Positions 53,522 to 64,000 of a DNA stretch of 64,000 nt are shown here, piece by piece. Position 1 is the stretch's first letter, and every line of letters starts with the position of its first letter. The stretch is from Mobula hypostoma (lineage: Eukaryota): positions 212,166,001-212,230,000 of the forward strand of contig NC_086097.1 in the NCBI RefSeq assembly GCF_963921235.1. Direction: 5' to 3'. The notes below the pieces were generated by a model, which searched no databases, had not been told where the DNA came from, and saw only the letters and a list, made by a program, of their open reading frames with translations. The position numbers and the translations under genes are program-made.

Positions 53522-55433
53522 ATTCAAGATTCAAGTACATTTATTATCATGAATGTATAAATTATACAACTTAGAGATTTGCTTGTTCATGGGTAGACAC
53601 AAAGCAAAAAACCTGAAAGAACCCAATTTAAAGAAAAAGACCAACACTCAATGCGCAAGAGAATGAAAAAAAAATTACAGGCCATGCAAACAATTGAGGC
53701 GAAGAACAGCATTCCAAACCAAAAATGAGTTGTCAGATTCAAACCCCAGAGCAGCCTGAAGTAGGCCCAAAGCCTCGCTTATTGGTTCTTCTTAGTGGGC
53801 ACGGAGCAGAGCAGCTGGGGCAGTCTTCATACCCTCAGTGCCGTAAAAAGAGGATTGCCCATCACAGAGAATGAGGGAAATCAGTTTTCATCCCGACCAA
53901 CACCGTCTTTTCAGTCTATCTGGGCCTGTGTTTAAAGTGACCCAATGACGGAACAGGAAAGGCTATGGCGCCCTAGAGAGAGGAGTGAACATCACGGAGA
54001 GTGAGCAAAATCGGCTCTCACCTCTGATCTGAGCCAGCGTTTAAATTGTCTAAACAGCGCATTGTATCTTGCACTCGGACCCAGGCAGTACTGCAGCACA
54101 AGGCCCAACCCCAGACCAGGCTGCCTAGCAATTTGCTTCGGGCCCAGATTTTGTCGCCTAGCCCAAAGCTGTCCTCCAGCTCTTGAAATTAGCTCAGTGT
54201 CCAGAGCGATCCAACCGTGCCCCAGGTCAGGTGTACAAGCAGCAACCCTGACTTCTCCTTGCAGCACCCAGAACGATTCAACCTCGCTCCCAGGCCAGTT
54301 GTACGGGCATCAGAACTCCATCTGCATTGATACATCTCTAGTACTCGCCTCGGCATCACTCGCCCCTTCACTGTTTGCAGTGTGAGGGGATCCAGGAGTG
54401 CCCCTATTAACTGCTTGAAGAGAGATAGAGAGAGAGTTATTTATCATCGATGGTTTGTTTTAAAAAGAGAGAGAGAGAGGAAGATTGATGGTTTGACTGT
54501 CACTTTAAGGCACAGGGAGGTAACTTTGGAGTTTTACTTTTGAGAGAAAAACTGAGCAGCTCGAAGGTTGCTATGGTGACCAACAGGACATTATTGATGT
54601 TACTTCCAAGGACTTGTTGCCTGCTCGCATTCCTTTACAGACAAAGGAAAGAGGGACACTTTGAATGACAAGTGATGCTCAACACAGGGAAATAAATAGG
54701 AGGTCAGATGATACAGACCTCAAGACACATGATCGGGACACTGAATGAGCATTGTTGTGCCCGCAGAGAAAGTGGGTTTTGGAGGATCGATCAGGCGGAT
54801 TGATCCTAGTGCTCTGCCAGTTAAAGTTCAAAGGCAAGACCGGTGGGGAGTTGTCCATGTGTCCGACCCTGGCCTGGTTAGACAGCTCAACCACAACGAA
54901 GTATGGTCCCCTTTGTTGTTAAGTCACAGTCGGCAACTTGTGAAGGATTTCGGAGGACGATGAGAAGATCGACGGCAACAGCTCACCTGAAGACTCAACT
55001 CACTCTCTCTCTCTCTCCCCATCGCTATTCAACTAAATTCCACAACTGAACTGAACTGAATTTTACTCAATATCGTAAGACCTTATCTTTTTACCCCTAG
55101 ACTTAAAGAAGCTTAGTTTTTCATACATATTTCTCCACACTTACTGATTTACTTACTTATATATACAATTCTTGCTAACCTGTTTGATTTATCTTCACTT
55201 AGTTTACTGTATAGCGTAGTTATTAATAAATATTAATAGTTTATAGCAATACTAGACTCCAAAGTGGTTTCCATTTCAGCTGGTTTCTTTATTCCCGTCA
55301 CGGGGTACGTGACAGCAGCAATAATTTAATACAATTTACCTCAGAAAAAGTATTTTTAGTGATGTTTTAAGCTTTCTTTATTTTTGACTACGAAGAAGCT
55401 GTTGCACACGTTAGGTAGTGCCATCTTAACCAA
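53522..55433 (-). mobile_element. second copy of the same non-coding element, interrupted by a solo LTR
   Basis: Minus-strand 5' end gttaagatggcact; tail gataataaatgtacttgaatcttgaa. Confidence 0.65.
54381..55314 (+). mobile_element. solo LTR (934 bp) with 4-bp TSD
   Basis: TGTGA...TGACA termini; GCAG at 54377-54380 and 55315-55318; AATAAA near 55226. Confidence 0.85.
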
Positions 55434-55444
55434 AAAACATAAAC

Positions 55445-56165
55445 TGTTTTCTAAATGGAGAGAAAATTTAAAACATCTGATTTGCAAAGGGACTTGGGAG
55501 TCCTTGTGTAGGATTCCTTAAAGATTAATTTTCAGGTTGTATCAGTGATGAGGAAGGCAAATGTGATGTTAGCATTCATTTCAAGAGGACTACAATATAA
55601 AATCAAGGATGTAGTGTTGAGGCTTTATAAAGCACTGGTGAGGCCTCACTGGGAGTATCGTGAGCAGTTTTGGGCCCCTTATCTAAGAAAGGATGTGCTG
55701 ATGTTGGAAAGAATTCAAAGGAGGTTCACAAAAATGATTCTGGGATTAAAAGGCTTGTCATATGAGATGCATTTGATGGCTCTAGGCCTCTACTCATTGC
55801 AACCTACCGAATGTTGAAAGACCTAGATAGAATGGACATGGAGAGGATTTTTCCTGTGGTGGGAGTGTCCAAGTCCAGAGGACACAGTCTCAGAATACAG
55901 GGATGTCCTTTTAGGTCAAAAATGAGGAATTTCTTTAGCCAGAGAGTGGTGAATCTGTGGAATTTGTTGTCAAAGGCAACTTTGGAGGCCAAGTATTGGG
56001 CATATTTAAGGCAGAGGTTGATAAGTTCTTGATTAGTCAGTGCATGAAGGGATATGGGGAGAAGGCAGGACATTCAGGCTGAGAGAGAAAATGGATCAGC
56101 TATGATGAAATGGCTTAGTAGACTCGACAGGCCAAATGGCTTAATTCTGATCTTATGGTCTTATA
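55445..56165 (+). mobile_element. CR1 3' fragment
   Basis: KANVMLAFISRG, LYKALVRPH, NFFSQRVVNLW; tcttatggtctta tail. Confidence 0.87.
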
Positions 56166-56297
56166 ATATTGTGCAAGAAGGCTGCTGTCAAGAGTAATAG
56201 GGTATACTGCCTAGAGGATTTGGATTGCGAAGTGTATTTCCTGAGAATAATTGCTGAAAACATCAGTAAGTCTAGCTGGGGTGGGAGCCTGAACATA

Positions 56298-56363
56298 ATC
56301 ATATATTGAGAATAAATGTAATTTGCGGGGATCATATATTGAGAATAAATGTCATTTGCGGGA
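56298..56363. repeat. 33-bp tandem duplication
   Basis: atcatatattgagaataaatgt(a/c)atttgcggg twice. Confidence 0.9.
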
Positions 56364-56563
56364 AATATCCCCATGAAAATAGTACTACCTATGTTGGAAA
56401 TTGAACTAATTAGCATGACAAACTAAAAGGGAATAACCAATTTAAATTAGATTAGCTTATAACTAACACCCAGGTGCAAGAAGTAAGTATGTGACATTCT
56501 GCAAAATTTTCAAATAAATTCAAGATATGCAATATGGTACACCAGGCATGCAAGAACAGCTCA

Positions 56564-56683
<120 letters not shown>

Positions 56684-56809
56684 TTAGGCAGATGTGTTAA
56701 CGACAGTTAACTACTACAATGAGTGCAAATGATACAATTCTCCTTCTACCCCATAGTAAAGCTATGATCGAGAAAAGTACAAAAGGCTGAATAGTAACTT
56801 TCCTCATCC

Positions 56810-58898
56810 AACACAAGAGATTCTGCAAATGCTGGAAAACCTGAGCAACACACACAAAACGCTGGAGGAACTCAGCAGCTCAGGCAGTATCTGTGGAAAT
56901 GAACTAACAGTCGACGTTTTGAGCTGAGACCTTTTATCAAGACTGGAAAGGAAAGGGAAAGAATTTAGCAGAAGGTGGGGGAAGGGGAAGGAATACAAGG
57001 TAGAAGGTGATAGCTGAAGCAAGAAGCTGTGACAAAATAGGTGGAAAAGGCAAAAGACTGAAAAAGAAGGAATCTGACATTAGAATGGACCATGAGAGAA
57101 AGGGAAGGGAGGGAACTAGGGAAGCAGATAGGTAGGTGAGGAAAACAGAAGAGGTAATAGGGGAGCCAAAGTTGGGAATTAAAGATGAGGGAAGAGGGAG
57201 GGAGAACAATTATTGGAAGCAGGAGAAATCGATGTTCATACCAACAGGTTGGAGGCTACTCACATGGAATTTGAGATGTTGCTCCTCCAACCTGAGAGTT
57301 GCCTCCTCAACCAACTTGAGAAATCTTCTGTTTCTTTCTCAACAACAGACGTGACAAGTTCCCCTCCACCACCACCATCCTCTATCAGGCAGAACTGGTC
57401 CTCAGCCAACAATTTCTCTTTCGGCTCCTTTCACTTTCTCCAAATTCAAGGTGTAGCCACAGGTACCCACATTGGTCCCAGCTATGCCTGCCTTTTCGTT
57501 GACGGTGGAACAGTCCATGTTCCAAGCCTTGCCTGGTAATGCTCTCTATTCTTTCTGTGCTACATTGATGCTGCTTCATGCACCCATACTAAGCTCATCA
57601 ATTTCATCCAATTTCCAACCGGACCTTAAATTCACTTCATCCATTTCTGACACCTCTCTCCCCCTTTCTCGATCTCTCTGTCTCCATCTCTGGAGACAAA
57701 CCATCTACCAGTATCTTTTATAAACTACTGATTCCCACGCCTCTCCCCACCCTGCCATTCCCTTTGCTGAATTATTTCGTCTCTGCCACATCTGTTCACT
57801 GGATGAGGCTTTCCTTTCCAGAACATCAAAGATGTTCGCCTTCTTCAAAGAACAGGGCTTCCCTTCCTCCACCACTGACGCTGCCTTCGCCTGCAACTCC
57901 TCTATTTCCCACATTATCAACCCTCACCCCATCTTCCTGCCATCTTAACATGGATAGAGTTCCTCGTCCTTACCTACATCAATATCCACTACGTCATTCT
58001 CCATAACTTCCGCCATTTTCAATGGAACCCTACCACCAAACACATCTTTACCTCCCCCCCCCACCCCTGCTTTCCACAAGGATCACTCGCTCCATGCTTC
58101 CCTTGTCCATTTGTCCCTCCCCACTAATACCCCTCTTAGCACTTACCCCTGGAAGCGGAAGAAGTGCTACATCTGCCCATTCACCTCTTCCCTCCCCTCT
58201 ATTGAGGGCCCAAAACAGTCCTTCCGGTGAGACAAAACTTCTCCTGTGAATCTTTTGGGGCCTTCTACTGTATCCAGTGGTCCTAATGCATTGGTGAGCC
58301 CCAGTGCAATTTGGGGAACCGCTTTGACGTGGTACCTTTGCCCCATCTGCAACAAGCAGGATTTCCCTGTGGCCAACTGTTATAATTCCAATCCCCACCG
58401 CCATTCCAATATATCGGTCCACAGCGTTCTCTACTGCCATGATGAGGCCATGCTCAGGTTAGAGTAGCAACGCCTCGTATTCCATCTGGGTTGCCACCAA
58501 CCTGATGGCATAAACAACTATTTCTCTAACCTCCAGTAATTTTTCTCCCTCCCTCTTCACTCTTCTTTGATTCCTGACTCTGTTGCCCCATTTCCCCTTC
58601 TACTCACTTGCCTTATCTCTTCTCTCTCGTGCCTCTCCCCCTTCCCTTTCTCCCTTGTCCACTCTCCTCTCCTATCAGATTTCTTCTTTTAAGCCCATTT
58701 ACCTTTCCCACCTATCACCTCCCAGCTTCTTTCTTCACCCCTCCCCTATCCACCTGACTTCACCCATCATCTTTCCCTCTCCCCCACGTCCCTTTCCTTT
58801 CCAGTCCTCAAAGAGTTCTGGCCCAAAATGTTGACTGTTAATTCATTTCCATAGATGCTGCCTGGTCTTCTGAGTTCCTCCAGCATTTTGCGTGCGTT
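56810..58898 (+). mobile_element. older Penelope-like element: antisense pseudo-LTR (56810-57310), then sense RT and GIY-YIG remnants plus pseudo-LTR
   Basis: PLE RT motif NNFSF...FLQIQGVATGTHIGPSYACLFV; Zn-knuckle and GIY-YIG remnants; degenerate hammerheads at 56909-56944 (-) and about 58803-58836 (+). Confidence 0.85.
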
Positions 58899-59666
58899 AT
58901 ACTTCATCTAAAGCTTTATTAAAATATGTGTTAGTAAGTGACAGTAATGGAGATAGTAAACTAGATATGTTAAGTACAGTCTCAGTCATACAGCATTGTA
59001 ACAAGCTCTTCTTCCCACCATCATGACTGTCTATAATAATCCCACTTGCCTTCATTAATTCAATTTCCTTCTACGTCCAGCTCGTCCAAGCACTTGACAA
59101 AATGCCTAATGAATGCCCTGTCCCTGCTTCCACTATTACCTCTGGCAGCTCAATCTAGATACTGCCTTTGGATTTTTTGCAAATTTGCCAAGTTTGCCTG
59201 TTGGATCTCATTTAAACCTCCTCCCTCTCACATTAAACCTGTGCCCTCTAGGTTTAGACACCCAAACATAGCTACTAGCTATCTACCTTATCTATGACTC
59301 TCATAATTTTATATACCCTTAAATGTGAATCAACACATTATGTGCCTTGAACTGATTGTCAGGGGCAGTGGTAGAAGCAAATAGTCGTGGTTAAGAGGCC
59401 TTTTGAGAGGCACATAATATACAATAAATGCAGGGATGCTAATCATGTGCAGGCAGACGAGTTAGTTTAATTCAGTTTTATGTTCAGCACAGAGAACATG
59501 AACCAAAGGCTTGTTCTTGTTCTGTACTATTCTATGTTCTACACGAAAGTTCTAAGGTCCTATTTGGCAAGTAATGGACAAACTGAAAGCATGCTTAAAC
59601 ATAAACAATAAAGCGACAAGGATACCAACACTACTACACAGTAACTTGAGTTTATATGTACAGTAC

Positions 59667-59756
59667 CTCTTTTCTCCTTTGTTGTTGGTAAATACATGAT
59701 AAAATGTGTGATAATCAAAATAATACTCTTCAAGGTCAAGCAGCAACAGAGTAAAC
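59667..59756 (-). CDS. NSMAF: NSMAF (FAN) coding exon, probably exon 2 (90 nt)
   Basis: aatag|G ... AAGAG|gtactg; encodes (R)FTLLLLDLEEYYFDYHTFYHVFTNNKGEK(R), matching the FAN N-terminal RFSLLLLNLEEYYF motif as I recall it. Confidence 0.93.
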
Positions 59757-60289
59757 CTATTTGATACAACAAATAAATATGAATAAACATTCATAAAACA
59801 GAGCACCAAAAAGAAATTTTCTTCCATTTCTAAACAAGATAATTTTTAATATATATTAAGGACAATCATCATATTAACTTGATGTGGTATCACTGTGCAA
59901 TATAAATCTGCAGCTGTACAAGAACCAATAAGACAGGATTAGGCACTGGACCCCTCAAGCCTGCACGGTCACTCAATGTCATGACTGATCTACCCCAGGC
60001 CTCTACTCTTTCTCTGTGCCAGATTCCTGCCGCTCTCAATCCACAAATTTTGAAAATGTATCCACCCTCCACTTTAAGTACTTCTAATAATCTAGTCTCT
60101 ACAACTCTTTGCAGTAGAGAATTCCAGAGATTCACAACTTTCTACAAGATGTCTACATAACTTGATTTTGAGTAATCAGTTCCCTTTCTTGAAACTATAT
60201 CCCCTCATTGGATTCTCACCCACTTGTGAAGATACCTTCACATATCCTGTCGGGCTCTCTTAGACGTTTATAAGTATGACCATCCCACA

Positions 60290-61965
60290 TTCTATGGAAT
60301 TAAGGGAAACAAGTAGTGAGATCATGGAAACTGTACAGATTGAAAAGGAGGAGGTCCTTGCTGTGTTGAGGAAAATTAAAGTGGATAAATCCCCGGGACC
60401 TGACAGGGTGTTCCCTTGGACCTTGAAGGAGACTGGTGCTGAAATTGCAGGGGCCCTGGCAGAAATATTTAAAATGTCGCTGTCTACAGGTGAGGTGCTG
60501 GAGGATTGGAGAGTGGCTCACGTTGTTCCGTTGTTTAAAAAAGGATCGAAAAGTAATCCGGGAAATTATAGGCCGGTAAGTTTAACGTCGGTAGTAGGTA
60601 AGTTATTGAAGGGAGTACTAAGAGACAGAATATACAAGCATTTGGATAGACAGGGACTTATTAGGGAGAGTCAACATGGCTTTGTGCGTGGCAGGTCATG
60701 TTTGACCAATCCATTGGAGTGTTTCGAGGAGGTTACCAGGAAAGTGGATGAAGGGAAGGCAGTGGATATTGTCTACATGGACTTCAGTAAGGCCTTTGAC
60801 AAGGTCCCGCATGGGAGGTTAGTTAGGAAACTGCAGTCGCTAGGTATACATGGAGAGGTGGTAAATTGGATTAGACATTGGCTCAATGGAAGAAGTCAAA
60901 GAGTGGTAGTAGAGAATTGCTTCTCCGGGTGGAGGCCTGTGACTAGTGGTGTGCAACAGGGATCAATGCTGGGTCCATTGTTATTTGTCATCTATATCAA
61001 TGATCTGGATGATAATGTGGTAAATTGGATCAGCAAATTTGCTGATAATACAAAGATTGGAGGTGTAGTAGACAGCGAGGAAGGTTTTCAGAACCTGCAG
61101 AGGGACTTGGACCAGCTGGAAAAATGGGCTGAAAAATGGCAGATGGAGTTTAATGCAGACAAGTGTGAGGTATTGCACGTTGGAAGGACAAACCAACGTA
61201 GAACATACAGGGTTAATGGTAAGGCACTGAGGAGTGCAGTGGAACAGAGGGATCTGGGAATACAGATACAAAATTCCCTAAAAGTGGCGTCACAGGTAGA
61301 TAGGGTCGTAAAGAGAGCTTTTGGTACATTGGCCTTTATTAATCGAAGTATTGAGTATAAGAGCTGGAATGTTATAATGAGGTTGTATAAGGCATTGGTG
61401 AGGCCGAATCTGGAGTACTGTGTTCAGTTTTGGTCACCAAATTACAGGAAGGATATAAATAAGGTTGAAAGGGTACAGAGAAGGTTTACAAGGTTGTTGC
61501 CGGGACTTGAGAAACTCAGTTACAGAGAAAGGTTGAATAGGTTAGGACTTTATTCCCTGGAGCGTAGAAGAATGAGGGGAGATTTGATAGAGGTATATAA
61601 AATTATTACGGGTATAGATAGAGTGAATGCAAGCAGGTTTTTTCCACTGAGGCAAGGGGAGAAAAAAACCAGAGGACATGGGTTAAGGGTGAGGGGGGAA
61701 AAGTTTAAAGGGAACATTAGGGGGGATTCTTCACACAGAGAGTGGTGGGAGTATGGAATGAGCTGCCAGACGAGGTGGTAAATGCGGGTTCTTTTTTAAC
61801 ATTTAAGAATAAATTGGACAGATACATGGATGGGAGGTGTATGGAGGGATATGGTCCGTGTGCAGGTCAGTGGGACTAGGCAGAAAATGGTTCGGCACAG
61901 CCAAGAAAGGCCAAAAGGCCTGTTTCTGTGCTGTAGTTTCTATAGTTCTATGGTTTTTTCTATGA
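60290..61965 (+). mobile_element. young 5'-truncated CR1 LINE; 501-aa open RT frame with an inactivating substitution
   Basis: YRPVSLTS, QHGF, YMDFSKAFD, but FADN in place of FADD and VQQG in place of VPQG; frameshift near 61725; (ttctatag/ttctatgg) tail. Confidence 0.93.
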
Positions 61966-62539
61966 TTCTTCTGAACTCTAAAAAATACAGATCCAACTTG
62001 CTCCGTCTCTTCTGAAAGGATAATTCTCTCATTCCCAAGAATTAGCCTGGGAAATCACCTTTGGACTAGTTCAAGTTCAACTATATCCCTTAGCTAATGC
62101 AGGAAATACCCAAACCCAAATTTGTGCTACCTGCTCATTCAACAATATTGGAATCCTAGCAGTGCTGACTATTCTGTTGGTCAGCCTGTTAGATCAGTAG
62201 AGTGTTAATAATGTAACCAGCAATTTAGAGGTCAACACAGTTGCTGAGGTTATCAATGAAGGGTGAAACCATGAAAAAAAAGGCCTCTGCATTCTTATAC
62301 TCCACACCCCTCATGTTACACTGCTCAATCAACCCATATTATTTTCAGATTGGATCCACTTCCATTATCAATCCCACCAATAACCCTGATTTAACCAGTG
62401 GCCAAGCAGTATGAAGTGTTGCCAGCTGAGTCAATGTACTACTGTTCAAGATGATCTACCAAAGCTGTCAATAATCTTTTTAAGAGAAAGTCAGCAGTTT
62501 TTCCAATTTATAAGGTTGTAAAATATTTTCATGTCACAC

Positions 62540-64000
62540 AATACATTTAGTTGTAAACATAAAATGATGTATCAGTGGGAGATTTTAATTTCTGTAAAAT
62601 TGACTGGGTCAACCACAGTATAGAATGGAGAGGAATTTGTGAAATGTGTCCAAGAAAGCTCCTTTTATCAATAGATAAATAGAGGAGATTACTAGAGAGG
62701 TGTAACACAGGACATCCTCCTGAGAAATGTTGACAAGTAATTCAGGTCATGTGACCATAATTATACCAGTTTAAAAAGAGTTTATGGAGGATTCAATGAG
62801 TTCACAGGTCAAGATCCTGAAATTTTGGAGCCATTAGGCAGGATTTTGCAGTGGTTGATTAGGCAGAATTGCTTGCAGGGAAAGATACATCTGCCTACTG
62901 AGAGACCTTTACAAGTGTTACATCAAGAGTTCTGGGCCCATATATTCCTGATGGGCAAGGATGGTAGGTTTCAGGAACCCTGGGTGATGAAAGACACTGA
63001 AGCTATGGTTAAGAAAAATGGGCAAGCAAACACGGGGCATAAGCAATTGGAAATTAGGGAATCTCTTGACTACAAGACTGTAGAAGTGCACTTAAGGGAG
63101 AAGTTTGGAGGGTAACAATGGCTAAGGGTCTGACAAGCAAGATGAACAAAATACACCAAAGTCTCCTGGGACTAAGAGAAAAATGGTGCCAGGAAGACAG
63201 TAGGTCTCCTGAAAGACCAGCATGACTGTGTGTGAACAAAGAAAACGAGTGAGATTTTAAATAAATATCTTTCTTTAGCTTTGACTCTAGAGAAAATTAT
63301 TTAAACTAAGGAAATAGATTATTTGAACACTCAGTCCTCTTTTATTGTCATTTAGAAATGCATACATGCATTAAGAAATGATACAATGTTTCTCCGGAGT
63401 GATATCACAGAAATCAGGACAAACCAAAGACTAACACTGACAGAACCACATAATTATAACATATAGTTACAGCAGTGCAAAGCAATACCATAATTTGACA
63501 AAGAACAAGCCATGGGCACGGTAAATAAAGTCTCAAAAGTCCCTGAGTCAATCGACTCCTGAGTCTCCAATAGCAGGTGGCAAAAGGGAGAAACTCCCTG
63601 CCATAAACCTCCAGGCACCGTCAACTTGCCGATGTCTTGGAAGCAGCCGACCACAGCCGACACTGAATGAGGGAAATGAGTGGTGCTGTCTTGGACCACA
63701 TGAGAATTAGCAGGGAGGAGGCACTGGAGACCTTAAATGCATTAAAATGGACAAAGCCCCAGGGCCCAGCCTGTTGCATTCTTGGATTTTGTTGGTAGAT
63801 TGAATAGAAATTGTAGGCAAAACCCAGATTGTTGCTTCACCTTTGGCCCCACATGAGGTTCTATAGGATTAGAAAGTGACTAAAAAGTACTATTGTTGAA
63901 AAAGAGTAGCAAAGCAAGAAATAAACTACAGGCCAGTGTGTCTGACATTGGTGGTGGGTAAATTGCTGGAGGGGCTTCTGAGAGACAGGATCTACCAACA
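62540..64000 (+). mobile_element. old CR1 remnant interrupted by an unclassified repeat fragment (about 63325-63665)
   Basis: gattttaatttc (GDFN-like), ggacaaagccccagggcc (DKAPGP), tacaggccagtgtgtctgaca (YRPV.LT). Confidence 0.6.

Noticed and set aside
56796..58910. TSD around the 56810-58898 PLE (cctcatcca / cttcatcta)
   Set aside because: Too short and mismatched to distinguish from chance
60276..61781. 501-aa RT ORF as an active or domesticated reverse transcriptase
   Set aside because: 5'-truncated CR1 without endonuclease; catalytic FADD changed to FADN and C-terminal frameshift; consistent with a young dead copy
59757..64000. NSMAF first exon or promoter
   Set aside because: No CpG island and no convincing start-codon exon with a phase-2 donor was found; it probably lies beyond the window

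Overview
Eukaryotic (vertebrate) genomic DNA. The repeat complement (abundant CR1 LINEs, Penelope-like elements, V-SINE and Deu-SINE remnants) suggests a cartilaginous fish such as a ray; this is an inference. The whole window lies inside one minus-strand gene, NSMAF/FAN (GRAM/PH-BEACH-WD40 protein). I read 17 consecutive GT-AG exons (probably exons 2-18, 59756 down to 1667) that splice in frame to 1394 nt (464 complete codons). The first exon lies beyond 64000 and the remaining BEACH/WD40 exons lie before position 1. The introns are largely decayed transposons: CR1, Rex1, L1, RTE, Penelope-like elements (PLE), BEL/Pao, a Gypsy-type element with PNMA-like gag, a solo LTR, Tc1, hAT-Charlie and SINEs, plus a ~580-bp GA tract. 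No prokaryotic system or CRISPR is present and I cannot claim a wholly new system. The best leads are: minimal hammerhead ribozymes in the PLE repeats (one intact copy is sense to the NSMAF pre-mRNA), a partial duplicate of a BEACH exon that keeps its acceptor and reaches a stop, two adjacent 3n stop-free introns, and inverted repeats bracketing exons (circRNA or skipping candidates). Exon coordinates were read base by base. Most transposon boundaries are approximate unless a target-site duplication (TSD) is given, and family calls come from recalled motifs, not database searches.
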